From Geminicoccaceae bacterium (GTDB lineage: Bacteria > Pseudomonadota > Alphaproteobacteria > Geminicoccales > Geminicoccaceae), in NCBI GenBank assembly GCA_041398005.1, contig JAWKVP010000003.1:55607-119606 (forward strand): DNA of 64,000 nt. Reading direction: 5' to 3'. The notes under the pieces were generated by a model. The model had not been told where the DNA came from. It ran no database searches and saw only the letters and a program-made list of their open reading frames with translations. This document shows, piece after piece, positions 21,361 through 31,223 of this stretch (position 1 is the first letter of the stretch; the number at the start of each line of letters is the position of its first letter). Position numbers and translations under genes: made by a program.

Positions 21361-21933
21361 ATGCAACCGGGAAGCTTGATTCGCGAGGGAGAGGTCTTCT
21401 TTCGCCAGTGGCTGCGTTCGCCGAAATCGATGGGATCCGTCTTCCCGTCGTCCCGATCCCTCGCGCGTGCCATTGCGGGACAGGTCGCATGGCAGCCCGG
21501 CACTTATGTCGTCGAGCTCGGCGGCGGTACGGGTGCGATTACCCAGGGCCTGATCGAGCGCGGCATTCCCCGCGAGAACATCATCGTTATCGAACTCGAG
21601 ACGCATCTCTTCGAGTATCTCCGCGACCGCTTCCCCGGAACGCGGGTCATCCAGGGTGACGCAACCCGGCTCGACGAGATCCTCGCACATCATGACATCG
21701 GCGAGGTGTCCACCGTCATCTCCGGTCTTCCGGTGGTCGGCATGCCGTTCGAGTTCCAGCAGGCAATCGTCCGTCAGGCCATGTCCGCCATGAAGGACAA
21801 GGGCTTCATGCTGCAATACAGCTACTCGCCCGTCTCGGCGATCCCGGCGGCGAAGCTCGGCGTCAAGAGCAAGCTCGCGAAGTTCGTCCTCTGGAACTTT
21901 CCGCCGGCCCATGTCTGGAAGTACCACCGCTGA
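21361..21933 (+). CDS. Class I SAM-dependent methyltransferase, phospholipid N-methyltransferase (PmtA)-like
   Basis: FFRQWLRSPKSMGSVFPSSRSLARAIA...VVELGGGTGAITQGLIERGIP...FPGTRVIQGDATRL follows the Sinorhizobium-type PmtA pattern as I recall it. ATG 21361 is preceded by GGAGG. Confidence 0.65.
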   Translation: MQPGSLIREGEVFFRQWLRSPKSMGSVFPSSRSLARAIAGQVAWQPGTYVVELGGGTGAITQGLIERGIPRENIIVIELETHLFEYLRDRFPGTRVIQGDATRLDEILAHHDIGEVSTVISGLPVVGMPFEFQQAIVRQAMSAMKDKGFMLQYSYSPVSAIPAAKLGVKSKLAKFVLWNFPPAHVWKYHR

Positions 21934-21984
21934 ACCAAGCCTGATCCGCTGAGCGATCCGGCACCTGCCCCGCCGACGGAGGAC

Positions 21985-23640
21985 ATGTCCCCGTCATCAT
22001 GGCGGGCATTGTTCCGGCGCATCGCGACGGGGGAGCTTCGCCCGCACAGGCGGCGGATTGCGCTCGCACTGATCGCCGCGATATTTGCCGGGCTGTCCAC
22101 CGCGACCCAGGCATGGCTCGTCCAGCCGGCGCTCGACCGTGTCTTTCTCGACCGTGACCCGTTCATGCTCGCGGCCGTGCCGCTCGCTATCGTCCTTGCC
22201 GTGATCGTCAAGGCGGCCGCGGGCTATATCGAGGAAATGCAGCTTGCGCGGGTCGGGCTCGATGTCATTGCTGATCTGCAGAAACGCCTGTTCGACAGGC
22301 TCGTTCATGATGAACTCGCCTGGCTCCGCGACCGGGGCACGGGCGCCCTGCTCTCGCACCTGACCTATGATGTTACACTGCTCAGGCAGACGGTTTCCAA
22401 TGTCTTCACGGGTTTCATCCGCGACGGTCTCACCCTTCTCTGCCTGATCGGGCTCATGCTTCATCAGGATTTTTTGCTTGCCTGCATTGCCGCCATCGCC
22501 TTTCCGGTCGCCGTGCTGCCGCTCCTGCGCATGGGCCGACGCGTCAGGCAGCTCACGCTTGGAGCACAGGAACAGATGGGCCGCCTGACGGCACGCCTCG
22601 AACAGGGGTTCGAAGCCATCCGTCAGGTGAAGGCGGACGGTCAGGAGGATCGCGAGAGCGGTATCGTCGCGGGCATGATCGACCGTTTCCGTGACGTGCA
22701 GTTCGCGGCCGCACGCTTTCGCGCGCTCGCTTCGCCAAGTGTCGAACTCGTGACGGGGTTCATGATCGGCCTCGTCATCCTCTATGGCGGCTGGCAGGTG
22801 CTGGGCGGAAAGACGACACCCGGAACGTTCTTCTCGTTCCTGACCGCGATGCTCATGGCCTATCAGCCGATGAAGCGGATCGCCAAGCTGAACACGATGC
22901 TGCATGAGGGCCTGTCGGCGGCGGGCCGCATCTATGCGCTGATCGACCGGCCGCGGACCATGCACCTTCCGGCGCATCCCGCCATACTCCGCAACCCGGT
23001 GCAGGGCGCGATCCGCTTTCGCGGCGTCACCTTCGCCCACGGCACGCGCACCGTTTTCAGGGATTTCGATCTCGCCATAACCGCCGGCGAACACTGGGCG
23101 ATCACCGGCCCCTCGGGCTGCGGCAAGTCGACCCTGCTCGACCTCGTGCTCCGCCTGCACGACGTCCGCGTCGGCGAGGTCATGCTCGATGGTGTCGACA
23201 TTCGCGGAATCACACCCGGTGACCTGCGCCGGTCCGTGGCACTCGTCGCCCAGGAAAGCTGGTTCTTCGACGACACGATTGCCGCCAACATCGCCTATGG
23301 CCGCCCCGACGCAAGCTTCGCGGAAATCCGGCATGCGGCGCGGCTGGCCATGATCGACGATGTGATCGGGCATCTCGAGCGGGGTTATGATACCCGCCTC
23401 GGCGCCGGCGGCATCCATCTCAGCGGCGGCCAGCTGCAACGCCTGTCGATCGCCCGCGCCATCCTGCTCGACAGGCCGGTCATGCTCCTCGACGAGGCGA
23501 CATCGGCGCTCGATGCGGAAACCGAAAGGCAGGTCCTCGGGAACATCCGCAACCACCGACATTCGCGTACCACGATATATGTCTCCCACAGGGAGAGCAT
23601 CAATTCGATCACGGATCACAAGTTGCAGTTGAAATATTGA
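21985..23640 (+). CDS. ABC exporter, fused permease-ATPase (MsbA/ABCB-like)
   Basis: 551 aa with a six-TM N-terminal half. Walker A GPSGCGKST, signature LSGGQLQR, Walker B LLDEATSALD. Confidence 0.85.
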   Translation: MSPSSWRALFRRIATGELRPHRRRIALALIAAIFAGLSTATQAWLVQPALDRVFLDRDPFMLAAVPLAIVLAVIVKAAAGYIEEMQLARVGLDVIADLQKRLFDRLVHDELAWLRDRGTGALLSHLTYDVTLLRQTVSNVFTGFIRDGLTLLCLIGLMLHQDFLLACIAAIAFPVAVLPLLRMGRRVRQLTLGAQEQMGRLTARLEQGFEAIRQVKADGQEDRESGIVAGMIDRFRDVQFAAARFRALASPSVELVTGFMIGLVILYGGWQVLGGKTTPGTFFSFLTAMLMAYQPMKRIAKLNTMLHEGLSAAGRIYALIDRPRTMHLPAHPAILRNPVQGAIRFRGVTFAHGTRTVFRDFDLAITAGEHWAITGPSGCGKSTLLDLVLRLHDVRVGEVMLDGVDIRGITPGDLRRSVALVAQESWFFDDTIAANIAYGRPDASFAEIRHAARLAMIDDVIGHLERGYDTRLGAGGIHLSGGQLQRLSIARAILLDRPVMLLDEATSALDAETERQVLGNIRNHRHSRTTIYVSHRESINSITDHKLQLKY

Positions 23641-23807
23641 TTTCTACTTTTAGGCGAATTCAAGTTCATCCGTCTCCACTTTTCTGCAATACAACATTTC
23701 AACTGTCGATTTACATCTGTCCTTCTCAACGGGAAGATGATATGGATGTTCCAGTTTCTCTGGGCAAATGAGAAATCAATCGGGACACCCAGCTGGAGTT
23801 CGGAAAC

Positions 23808-24725
23808 TTGTCCGACAGTCGGCACTTCATTGCTTGCGATTTCCGGGAGGCCCGCGGCTCGGCGGCGCCCGGCGAGACCCGCACACGGATCCGTCGTATC
23901 CAGGGCATCATCGAAAACAGCAACAGATTCGTGGTGTTGTTGCTGGGAATGGCCCTGACGAGTGTCGTTTCATTGCTTCTGGCGGGCGTGTTGTCGATTT
24001 CGGCCCTGTGGAGCGGTGCGCCTATGGCGATGAATGCCTGGCTCGTCACGCTTCTTCCGGCGGTTGCATCGGTCCCGGTGATGGCCATCGCGATCAAGGT
24101 GATCTGCTTTTTGACCGAACAGCGCGATCAACTCCGGATCGAGATCGAGCGAAAGACCATTGCCGAGAACCGTTTCAGCCGACTAGCCAATACGGATGAA
24201 CTGACCGGCCTCGGCAACCGGCGCAGTTTCGTCGAACGCGCGAGAGAGGCGATGGCGCTTTCGCGGCGGCACGCTCAACCGCTGGCATTGCTGTTCGTCG
24301 ATGTCGACGGGCTCAAGGAGCTCAATGACAATGAGGGTCACGCGCGGGGTGATCTCGCCCTCAAGCAGCTGGCCCGCGCCCTTCGCCAGTGCCTTCGGCA
24401 GAGCGATTACGCCGCGCGCTATGGCGGCGACGAGTTCGTCATCCTCATGCCGCAGACCGACATGCACGCAGCGACCATCGCCGCCGAACGCCTGCGGGCG
24501 GCCATCGAGACGGGCAATGACGGCATGCCGCTCACGGTCAGTGTCGGCCTCGCCTCCACCCAGGGCACGCATGTGGGCATCGAGGAGCTCGTGGCGCGTG
24601 CCGATGAGGCCCTCTATGTCGCCAAGCGTGCCGGCCGCAATCAGGTCTGCACCACCTTCCCCGACGGCAACAGCCGTCTCGTGACGCGGCACGGCTCCAT
24701 GGAACTGCGCGCCCGCTCCGCCTGA
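23808..24725 (+). CDS. Membrane-anchored diguanylate cyclase (GGDEF domain)
   Basis: Two or three N-terminal TM segments, then DELTGLGNRRSF...LLFVDVDGLKELNDNEGHARGD...RYGGDEFVILM. The called start at 23808 is TTG, so the start is uncertain. Confidence 0.85.
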   Translation: MSDSRHFIACDFREARGSAAPGETRTRIRRIQGIIENSNRFVVLLLGMALTSVVSLLLAGVLSISALWSGAPMAMNAWLVTLLPAVASVPVMAIAIKVICFLTEQRDQLRIEIERKTIAENRFSRLANTDELTGLGNRRSFVERAREAMALSRRHAQPLALLFVDVDGLKELNDNEGHARGDLALKQLARALRQCLRQSDYAARYGGDEFVILMPQTDMHAATIAAERLRAAIETGNDGMPLTVSVGLASTQGTHVGIEELVARADEALYVAKRAGRNQVCTTFPDGNSRLVTRHGSMELRARSA

Positions 24726-24730
24726 CAGTG

Positions 24731-24749
24731 TGGCGGCAACCCGCCGCCA
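24731..24749 (+). terminator. Short stem-loop 6 nt after the GGDEF stop
   Basis: TGGCGGC-AACCC-GCCGCCA followed by TCCGTCG. There is no real U-tract. Confidence 0.35.
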
Positions 24750-24938
24750 TCCGTCGCGGCCCGGAACCCGGGGGCGACACACCCGGTTGACGCATCCACC
24801 ACAACAGGCCATCAAGTAACGAACATAACGGGCGCGTCAAGAACAGGGAGGCGTTCGATAACGATGAAACGGGAACGAACGGGCGCCGATTCCGGTCGCC
24901 ACGGGCTTGATTCGCTGCGGCGTCACCGGCGCCGGGAC

Positions 24939-25020
24939 AGCGTTCCGCTGGCCCATCCGTACCAGGGCAGCGTTCCGCTGGCCCATCCGCACCGAGGCAG
25001 CGTTCCGCTGGCCCGGCCGC
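24939..25020. repeat. Tandem 30-bp repeat (about 2.7 units) ending at the start codon of the acyl-CoA ligase gene
   Basis: Units begin at 24939, 24969 and 24999 (AGCGTTCCGCTGGCCCATCCG[T/C]ACC...). Units 1 and 2 match at 27 of 30 positions. Each unit contains the mini-palindrome CAGCG-TTC-CGCTG. Confidence 0.9.
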
Positions 25021-25021
25021 A

Positions 25022-26947
25022 ATGAAGCTGCCGTCGCTCGACGAGCTCGATACCTTTCCCAAGCTGCTCCTGCACAATGCCGCCAACTGGCCAGACGAGG
25101 TGGCGATGCGGGAAAAGGATCTCGGCATCTGGAACATGTCGAGCTGGGCGGATTGCCGGAATGCGGTGCGGACCATCTTCTTCGGCCTCAAGGCACTCGG
25201 GCTCGAACGGGGCGACGTGCTGGCGATCATCGGCCGCAACCGGCCGAACTGGGTATGGACCGCGCTCGCCGGCCATTCGGCCGGGGCGATGAGCCTTGGA
25301 ATCTACGAGGACGTGCTGCCGGACGAGGCCCGCTATCTCCTCGACCATGCCGGATCGGGCATCGTCGTTGCGGAGGACGAGGAACAGGTCGACAAGATGC
25401 TCGAGGTCGCCGAACGATCCGGGCGGATCCGCTGGATCGTCTATCATGACGATCGCGGCATGCGCAAATATGACGACCCGCGCCTCGTGAGCTGGAGCGA
25501 CCTCGAGGCGCGCGGGGAGCGCCTCGCGGGAGAACGGCCCGGTCTCTTCGAGGAGGAGATCGCCAGGGGCACCGGCGAGGATGTCGGCATCCTCTGCACC
25601 ACATCGGGCACGACCTCCCACCCCAAGCTGGCGATGCTCGGCCAGGGCGCGTTCCTCACCCATCTCTGCCGCTATCTCGAAGCCGACCCGCGTGAGCCCA
25701 CCGACGAATATGTCTGCATGCTGCCGCTCCCGTGGATCATGGAGCAGGTCTATGTGATCGGCATGCCGCTTCTCTCGCGCATCCGGGTCAATTTTCCGGA
25801 AAGCCCGGAAACCGCCATGGCGGACATGCGCGAGATCGGCCCGACCCACCTTCTCCTCGCGCCCCGTGTCTGGGAACAGACGGCGGCGGACATGCGTACC
25901 CGCATTCTCGATTCCGGACCGCTCAGCCGCTGGATCTTCGATCGCTGTGTCGAACGCGGCATGCGTGCCATCGAACGCGGGCGTCGCAGCCGGATCGCCG
26001 AATGGCTGCTCATGGGCGCCCTTCGTGACCGGCTCGGCTTCAGCAAGGTCAGGTCGGCTGCGACCGGCGGTGCGGCCACCGGACCCGATACGTTCCGGTT
26101 CTTTCTCGCCATGGGTGTGCCGCTTCGCCAGCTCTACGGCCAGACCGAACTGTCCGGCGCCTACACCCTGCAGACCGGCAGGGAGATCGACTTCGATACG
26201 TCCGGCATTCCGTTCAGGGATTGCAGGGTCCGGATCCACGATCCCGATCCTCGCGGCGTGGGCGAGATCCACACGATCACGCCCGGCATGTTCAAGGGCT
26301 ATTTCCGGAACGAGGAGGCCACCGCCGAGACGCTCACCGGCGATGGCTGGATGCGCACGGGCGACGCCGGTTTCTTCGACGAGGCCGGCAGGCTCACCAT
26401 CATCGACCGGATCAGCGACATCGCGACCACGAGTGCGGGCGACCGGTTCAGCCCGCAATTCATCGAGAACAAGCTCAAGTTCTCGCCCCATGTCGCCGAG
26501 GCGGTGGTGTTCGGCAATGACCGCCCGTTCCTGACGGCCATCATCTGCATCCGCTATTCGATGGTGGGCAAATGGGCCGAGACCAATGGCATCGCTTTCA
26601 CCAACTATCAGAATCTCGCCGCCAGCCCGAAGGTCTGCGCGCTGCTCGAGGATGCGGTGCGCGAGGTCAATGCCTCCCTGCCGCAAGCGCAGCAGGTTCG
26701 CCGTTTCCTTCTCCTCTACAAGGAGCTCGATCCCGACGATGGCGAGCTCACCCGGACCCGCAAGGTGCGCCGCAATATCGTCGACGAGCGCTATGCCGAC
26801 CTGATCGATGCCCTTTACGGCGATGAGGACAGCATCTTCGTCGAGACCGAGATCACCTTCGAGGATGGCCGCAAGGGCCGGATCCAGGCGAATCTCGAAA
26901 TCCGCAGGCTTGAGGACGGGCATGCCGCGAAGGCGCTGTCGGCATGA
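25022..26947 (+). CDS. AMP-dependent (long-chain-type) acyl-CoA ligase
   Basis: 641 aa. AMP-binding motif TSGTTSHPKLAML. The gene lies first in a Liv-type ABC cluster, and its stop overlaps the next gene's start (ATGA). Confidence 0.85.
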   Translation: MKLPSLDELDTFPKLLLHNAANWPDEVAMREKDLGIWNMSSWADCRNAVRTIFFGLKALGLERGDVLAIIGRNRPNWVWTALAGHSAGAMSLGIYEDVLPDEARYLLDHAGSGIVVAEDEEQVDKMLEVAERSGRIRWIVYHDDRGMRKYDDPRLVSWSDLEARGERLAGERPGLFEEEIARGTGEDVGILCTTSGTTSHPKLAMLGQGAFLTHLCRYLEADPREPTDEYVCMLPLPWIMEQVYVIGMPLLSRIRVNFPESPETAMADMREIGPTHLLLAPRVWEQTAADMRTRILDSGPLSRWIFDRCVERGMRAIERGRRSRIAEWLLMGALRDRLGFSKVRSAATGGAATGPDTFRFFLAMGVPLRQLYGQTELSGAYTLQTGREIDFDTSGIPFRDCRVRIHDPDPRGVGEIHTITPGMFKGYFRNEEATAETLTGDGWMRTGDAGFFDEAGRLTIIDRISDIATTSAGDRFSPQFIENKLKFSPHVAEAVVFGNDRPFLTAIICIRYSMVGKWAETNGIAFTNYQNLAASPKVCALLEDAVREVNASLPQAQQVRRFLLLYKELDPDDGELTRTRKVRRNIVDERYADLIDALYGDEDSIFVETEITFEDGRKGRIQANLEIRRLEDGHAAKALSA

Positions 26948-27765
26948 GTGACCTCCCGGCAGGCTCCGATCCGGTCCGGCGCAGGCGCACCATCGGCGAG
27001 ACTCTTCTTCAGGTCGATGACATCACCCTTCGCTTCGGCGGTGTGGTGGCGCTCTCCAACATCAGCTTCGACATCAGGAAGGGCGAGATCCGGGCGATCA
27101 TCGGCCCCAATGGCGCCGGCAAATCGTCGATGCTGAATGTCATCAACGGATTCTACCATCCCCAGGAGGGACGCATCACCTGGAAGGGCGAGACCCGGCG
27201 CAAGATGCGCCCGCATCATGCGGCCGCAACCGGCATCGCCCGCACGTTCCAGAACATCGCGCTCTTTCGCGGCATGAGCACGCTCGACAACATCATGACC
27301 GGGCGCATCCTCAAGATGAAGGCGGGCTTTCTCGCCCAGGCGATCTACTGGGGACGCGCGCAGAGGGAAGAACTGGAGCACAGGGCGTTCGTCGAGCGGA
27401 TCATCGATTTCCTCGAGATCCAGCACATCCGCCATGTGCCCGTGGGCAAGCTGCCCTATGGCCTGCAGAAGCGGGTGGAACTGGCGCGCGCCCTTGCCGC
27501 CGAACCGGAACTGCTGCTGCTCGACGAGCCGATGGCGGGCATGAACCTCGAGGAAAAGGAGGACATGTGCCGCTTCGTTCTCGACGTGAACGAGGAATTC
27601 GGCACCACCGTCGCCCTCATCGAGCACGACATGGGGGTGGTCATGGACATTTCCGATCGTGTCGTCGTGCTGGACTACGGACAGAAGCTCGCCGACGGCG
27701 TGCCCGAAGAGGTGCGCGAGGATCCCGACGTCATCGAGGCCTATCTCGGGGTGAATCATGAATGA
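26944..27765 (+). CDS. Branched-chain-type ABC transporter ATPase (LivG-like)
   Basis: Walker A GPNGAGKSS, signature-region LPYGLQKRVELARAL, Walker B LLLLDEPMAGMN. Confidence 0.88.
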   Translation: MSDLPAGSDPVRRRRTIGETLLQVDDITLRFGGVVALSNISFDIRKGEIRAIIGPNGAGKSSMLNVINGFYHPQEGRITWKGETRRKMRPHHAAATGIARTFQNIALFRGMSTLDNIMTGRILKMKAGFLAQAIYWGRAQREELEHRAFVERIIDFLEIQHIRHVPVGKLPYGLQKRVELARALAAEPELLLLDEPMAGMNLEEKEDMCRFVLDVNEEFGTTVALIEHDMGVVMDISDRVVVLDYGQKLADGVPEEVREDPDVIEAYLGVNHE

Positions 27766-28729
27766 GATCGTCTCGACCTATGTGACGGGCCCGTTCGGCG
27801 CCATGGCCGCCTTTCCGCCGGGGGTGATCGAGACGGTGATCGCCGGGCTCGGCAACGGCTTTCTCTATGCACTGGTCGCCATCGGCTTCGTCATCATCTT
27901 CAAGTCGTCGAGCGTGTTCAACTATGCCCAGGGCGCGATGGTGTTCTTCGTCGCCCTCAACTTCGCCGGCCTCATCGGCATCGGCGTTCCCTGGTATCTC
28001 GCCGGGCTCGTCGCGCTCGCCCTCATGGTGGCATTCGCCTTCGCGGTCGAACGGGTGGTGCTCCGGCCGCTCGTGGGTCAGGAGGGGCTCACCCTGTTCA
28101 TGGCCACGATCGGCGTCGGCTTCTTTCTCGAAGGCATGGCCGAAGCCGTCTGGGGCGGCAATCCGCGGCTGCTCAAGATCGGCCTGCCGGAGGATTCGAT
28201 CTTCCTCATCGACCACGCATGGGCCGCGGATATCGGCCTCGATGTCATCATTCAGGAAAGCGACATCCTCGCCATCGCCGTCGGTATCGTCATGGTGATC
28301 GGTCTCGGGCTGTTCTTCCGGTTCAGCCGGATCGGACGGGCGCTGCGCGCGGTCGCCGACGATCACACCGCGGCGATGTCGATCGGCATTCCGCTCAACC
28401 GCATGTGGATCGTGGTCTGGGCGCTCTCGGGCTTCACCTCGTTCGTCGCCGCGGTGGTCTGGGGAACGAAGATCCAGATCGAGCCCACCATGATCGGCCT
28501 CGCGCTCAAGGCCCTGCCGGTCCTCATCCTGGGCGGCCTCACCTCGATTCCGGGGGCGGTCGTCGGCGGCTGCATCATCGGCGTCAGCGAGCAGCTGTTC
28601 GAGGTCTACTGGGGACAGCCGCTCTTCGGCGGCGCCACCACCGAGTGGTTCGCCTTCATGCTCGGCGTCGTGTTCCTGCTGTTCCGCCCGCAGGGCCTGT
28701 TCGGCGAACGCATCATCGAAAGGGTGTGA
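27758..28729 (+). CDS. Branched-chain-type ABC permease (LivH-like)
   Basis: 323 aa, multi-TM. GNGFLYALVAIGFVIIFKSSSVFNYAQGAM is typical of LivH. The start overlaps the upstream stop. Confidence 0.88.
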   Translation: MNEIVSTYVTGPFGAMAAFPPGVIETVIAGLGNGFLYALVAIGFVIIFKSSSVFNYAQGAMVFFVALNFAGLIGIGVPWYLAGLVALALMVAFAFAVERVVLRPLVGQEGLTLFMATIGVGFFLEGMAEAVWGGNPRLLKIGLPEDSIFLIDHAWAADIGLDVIIQESDILAIAVGIVMVIGLGLFFRFSRIGRALRAVADDHTAAMSIGIPLNRMWIVVWALSGFTSFVAAVVWGTKIQIEPTMIGLALKALPVLILGGLTSIPGAVVGGCIIGVSEQLFEVYWGQPLFGGATTEWFAFMLGVVFLLFRPQGLFGERIIERV

Positions 28730-28736
28730 GAAGGCC

Positions 28737-29885
28737 ATGATCTATCGCGAGACCGGGGTCTTCAGGACCAGCTACGCCGCGGATCAGGCGATCTTCCGCA
28801 TTCCCCTCGACCGTCATGCGGTGATCGCATGGCTCGTGATCGGCTTCGTCATCGTGCCGATGACCGCATCCGACTATGTCCTCTCCGATCTGGTGACACC
28901 CTTTTTGATCATGTCGCTCGCGGCCCTCGGCCTCAATGTGCTCACCGGCTATTGCGGCCAGCTCAGCCTCGGCACGGGCGCGTTCATGGCGACCGGCGGC
29001 TTCATGACCTACAAGCTCGTGACCGGCATTCCCGCACCGGATTTCCTGACCGGGTTCGCGATCTTCGGTTTCGCGCCGCTGGATCTCCATTTCCCCTTGA
29101 TGCTGGTGCTCGCCGGAGCGATCACCGCCGCCGTCGGGCTCGTCTTCGGCCTGCCCAGTCTCAGGATCAAGGGGCTCTATCTGGCGATCACCACGCTTGC
29201 CGCGCAGTTCTTCCTGATCTGGCTGTTCATCAAGGTGCCATGGTTCACCAATTACTCGCCGGCGGGCATCGCCCCGGCGCCGCCCCAGACCATCTTCGGC
29301 ATCGAGGTGACGGGTGCGGCGAGTCCGGTCATCAACCGCTATCTCTTCGTGCTCACGATCACCGTCCTTGCGGCGCTCATGGTCAAGAACGTGACCCGCT
29401 GCCGGCACGGGCGCTCGTGGATGGCGATCCGCGACATGGACATCGCCGCCGAGATCATCGGCATCAGCCCGACTTTCGCCAAGCTCTCGGCCTTCGCCCT
29501 CAGCTCGTTCCTGATCGGGATCGCCGGCGCACTCTGGGCGTTCGTCAAGATCAACTCGGTACAGACCGACGCCTACACGATCCTCGTCAGCTTTCAGGTG
29601 CTGTTCATGGTGATCATCGGCGGACTGGGCACCGTGCTCGGCTCGTTCCTCGGTGCCGCCTTCGTCATCACCGTGCCGATCCTCCTGAACATCAGCCTCT
29701 CGGCGCTCAACCCCGTCCTGCAGGCGATCGGCCTCGGCGGCTTCGAGGTGGCGATGATCAAGCATATCGAATTCATGATTTTCGGCGGGCTCATCATCAC
29801 TTTCCTGATCGTCGAACCGCATGGATTCGCCCGTATCTGGCAGATCACCAAACAGAAGCTGCGAACCTGGCCGTTTCCGTACTAA
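28737..29885 (+). CDS. Branched-chain-type ABC permease (LivM-like)
   Basis: 382 aa. The segment LNVLTGYCGQLSLGTGAFMATGGF is typical of LivM. Confidence 0.88.
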   Translation: MIYRETGVFRTSYAADQAIFRIPLDRHAVIAWLVIGFVIVPMTASDYVLSDLVTPFLIMSLAALGLNVLTGYCGQLSLGTGAFMATGGFMTYKLVTGIPAPDFLTGFAIFGFAPLDLHFPLMLVLAGAITAAVGLVFGLPSLRIKGLYLAITTLAAQFFLIWLFIKVPWFTNYSPAGIAPAPPQTIFGIEVTGAASPVINRYLFVLTITVLAALMVKNVTRCRHGRSWMAIRDMDIAAEIIGISPTFAKLSAFALSSFLIGIAGALWAFVKINSVQTDAYTILVSFQVLFMVIIGGLGTVLGSFLGAAFVITVPILLNISLSALNPVLQAIGLGGFEVAMIKHIEFMIFGGLIITFLIVEPHGFARIWQITKQKLRTWPFPY

Positions 29886-29920
29886 TATCGAGACATCAAA
29901 CCCGACAATGGGAGGCAGAA

Positions 29921-31219
29921 ATGAAAAAGACGATTGTTGGATGTTTTCTTGCCGCTACCGCCTTCGCGGGCAATCATGCCGATGCCGCCGAAGAGCAGTA
30001 CTTTCCGCTTCTGACCTATCGCACCGGCCCCTATGCCGCCAACGGCACCCAGCTCGCCAACGGCATGATCGACTATCTGGCGCTCATGAACGCCAGGGGC
30101 GGTGTGAATGGCGTGACGCTGACGTGGGAAGAGTGCGAGACCGGCTACAAGACCGATGTCGGTGTGGAGTGCTACGAACGCCTCAAGGGCAACGGCAAGG
30201 TCGCGGCGGTGGCACCCTTCTCGACCGGCATCACCTACGCGCTGCTTGAAAAGGTCGCCGCCGACGATATCGTCCTCTTCTCGATGGGCTATGGCCGCAC
30301 ATCCGCCGCCGACGGCCGCGTCTTTCCGTGGGTGTTCAACTTTCCGGCCACCTACTGGTCGCAGGCGACCTCGATCATGTCCTACATCGCCGACCGCGAA
30401 GGCGGCATGGACAAGCTCGCGGGCAAGACCATCGGGCTCATCCATCTCGACCACCCCTATGGCCGCGAGCCCATTCCCACGCTGGAGAAGATGGCCGCCG
30501 ACAACGGCTTCGAGCTCCTGCTCTACCCCGTGCCGACGAGCTCGATGACCGACCAGAAGTCGATCTGGCTCGATGTCCGCCGGGCGCGGCCGGACTGGAT
30601 GGTGATGTGGGGCTGGGGGGCGATGAATCCGACCGCGATCAAGGAAGCCTCGCTCATCCGCTATCCCATGGACCGCTTCATCGGCAACTGGTGGTCGGCC
30701 GCCGAGGTCGACGTTCGCGGATCGGGTGTCGATGCCGAGGGCTATGTCGGCGCCACCTTCCACGACGCCGGCGACAGTGCGCCGATCTTCGCCGAGATCC
30801 GCAAGACCCTCTACGAAGCGGGCAACGGTGCCAGTCCCGAAGCCGAGGTCGGCGAGGTGCTCTACAATCGCGGCCTCGTCAATTCGGCCTTCATCGTCGA
30901 GGCAATGCTCACCGCACAGGCGGAATACGGCAACAAGGCGCTTTCCGGCGAGGAGATCCGCTGGGGCTTCGAACATCTCGACATCACCGCCGAACGCATC
31001 GAGGAACTCGGGCTGACCGGGATCATGCCGCCAACGAAGGTCACCTGCGCCAATCACGAGGGCTCGCCGGCGATCAAGCTGCAGCAGTGGCAGGGCGGCA
31101 AATGGGTGCCGATCTCCGACTGGATCCCCGGCATGACCGAGATCACCCGGCCGCTGATCGAGGCGGATGCGGCCCAGTATGCGGCCGAAAACGGCATCAA
31201 GCCACGCAGCTGCGAGTAG
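29921..31219 (+). CDS. Periplasmic substrate-binding protein (LivK / type I PBP-like)
   Basis: This is the real gene inside track ORF 28829-31219. ATG 29921 is preceded by GGAGG. Signal peptide MKKTIVGCFLAATAFAGNHADA. The mature region YFPLLTYRTGPYAANG is typical of this family. Confidence 0.85.
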   Translation: MKKTIVGCFLAATAFAGNHADAAEEQYFPLLTYRTGPYAANGTQLANGMIDYLALMNARGGVNGVTLTWEECETGYKTDVGVECYERLKGNGKVAAVAPFSTGITYALLEKVAADDIVLFSMGYGRTSAADGRVFPWVFNFPATYWSQATSIMSYIADREGGMDKLAGKTIGLIHLDHPYGREPIPTLEKMAADNGFELLLYPVPTSSMTDQKSIWLDVRRARPDWMVMWGWGAMNPTAIKEASLIRYPMDRFIGNWWSAAEVDVRGSGVDAEGYVGATFHDAGDSAPIFAEIRKTLYEAGNGASPEAEVGEVLYNRGLVNSAFIVEAMLTAQAEYGNKALSGEEIRWGFEHLDITAERIEELGLTGIMPPTKVTCANHEGSPAIKLQQWQGGKWVPISDWIPGMTEITRPLIEADAAQYAAENGIKPRSCE

Positions 31220-31223
31220 GATC

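Noticed and set aside
24939-25020. A possible CRISPR array, suggested by the 30-bp repeats here and the 18-bp repeat pair at 59066 and 59160.
   Set aside because: The 30-bp units are directly tandem with no spacers. The 18-bp motif has only two copies. No cas genes are present in the window.
24837-25022. A minus-strand 61-aa ORF with a repeating MGQRNAA peptide.
   Set aside because: It is simply the translation of the 30-bp tandem DNA repeat. It has no SD and no independent coding evidence.
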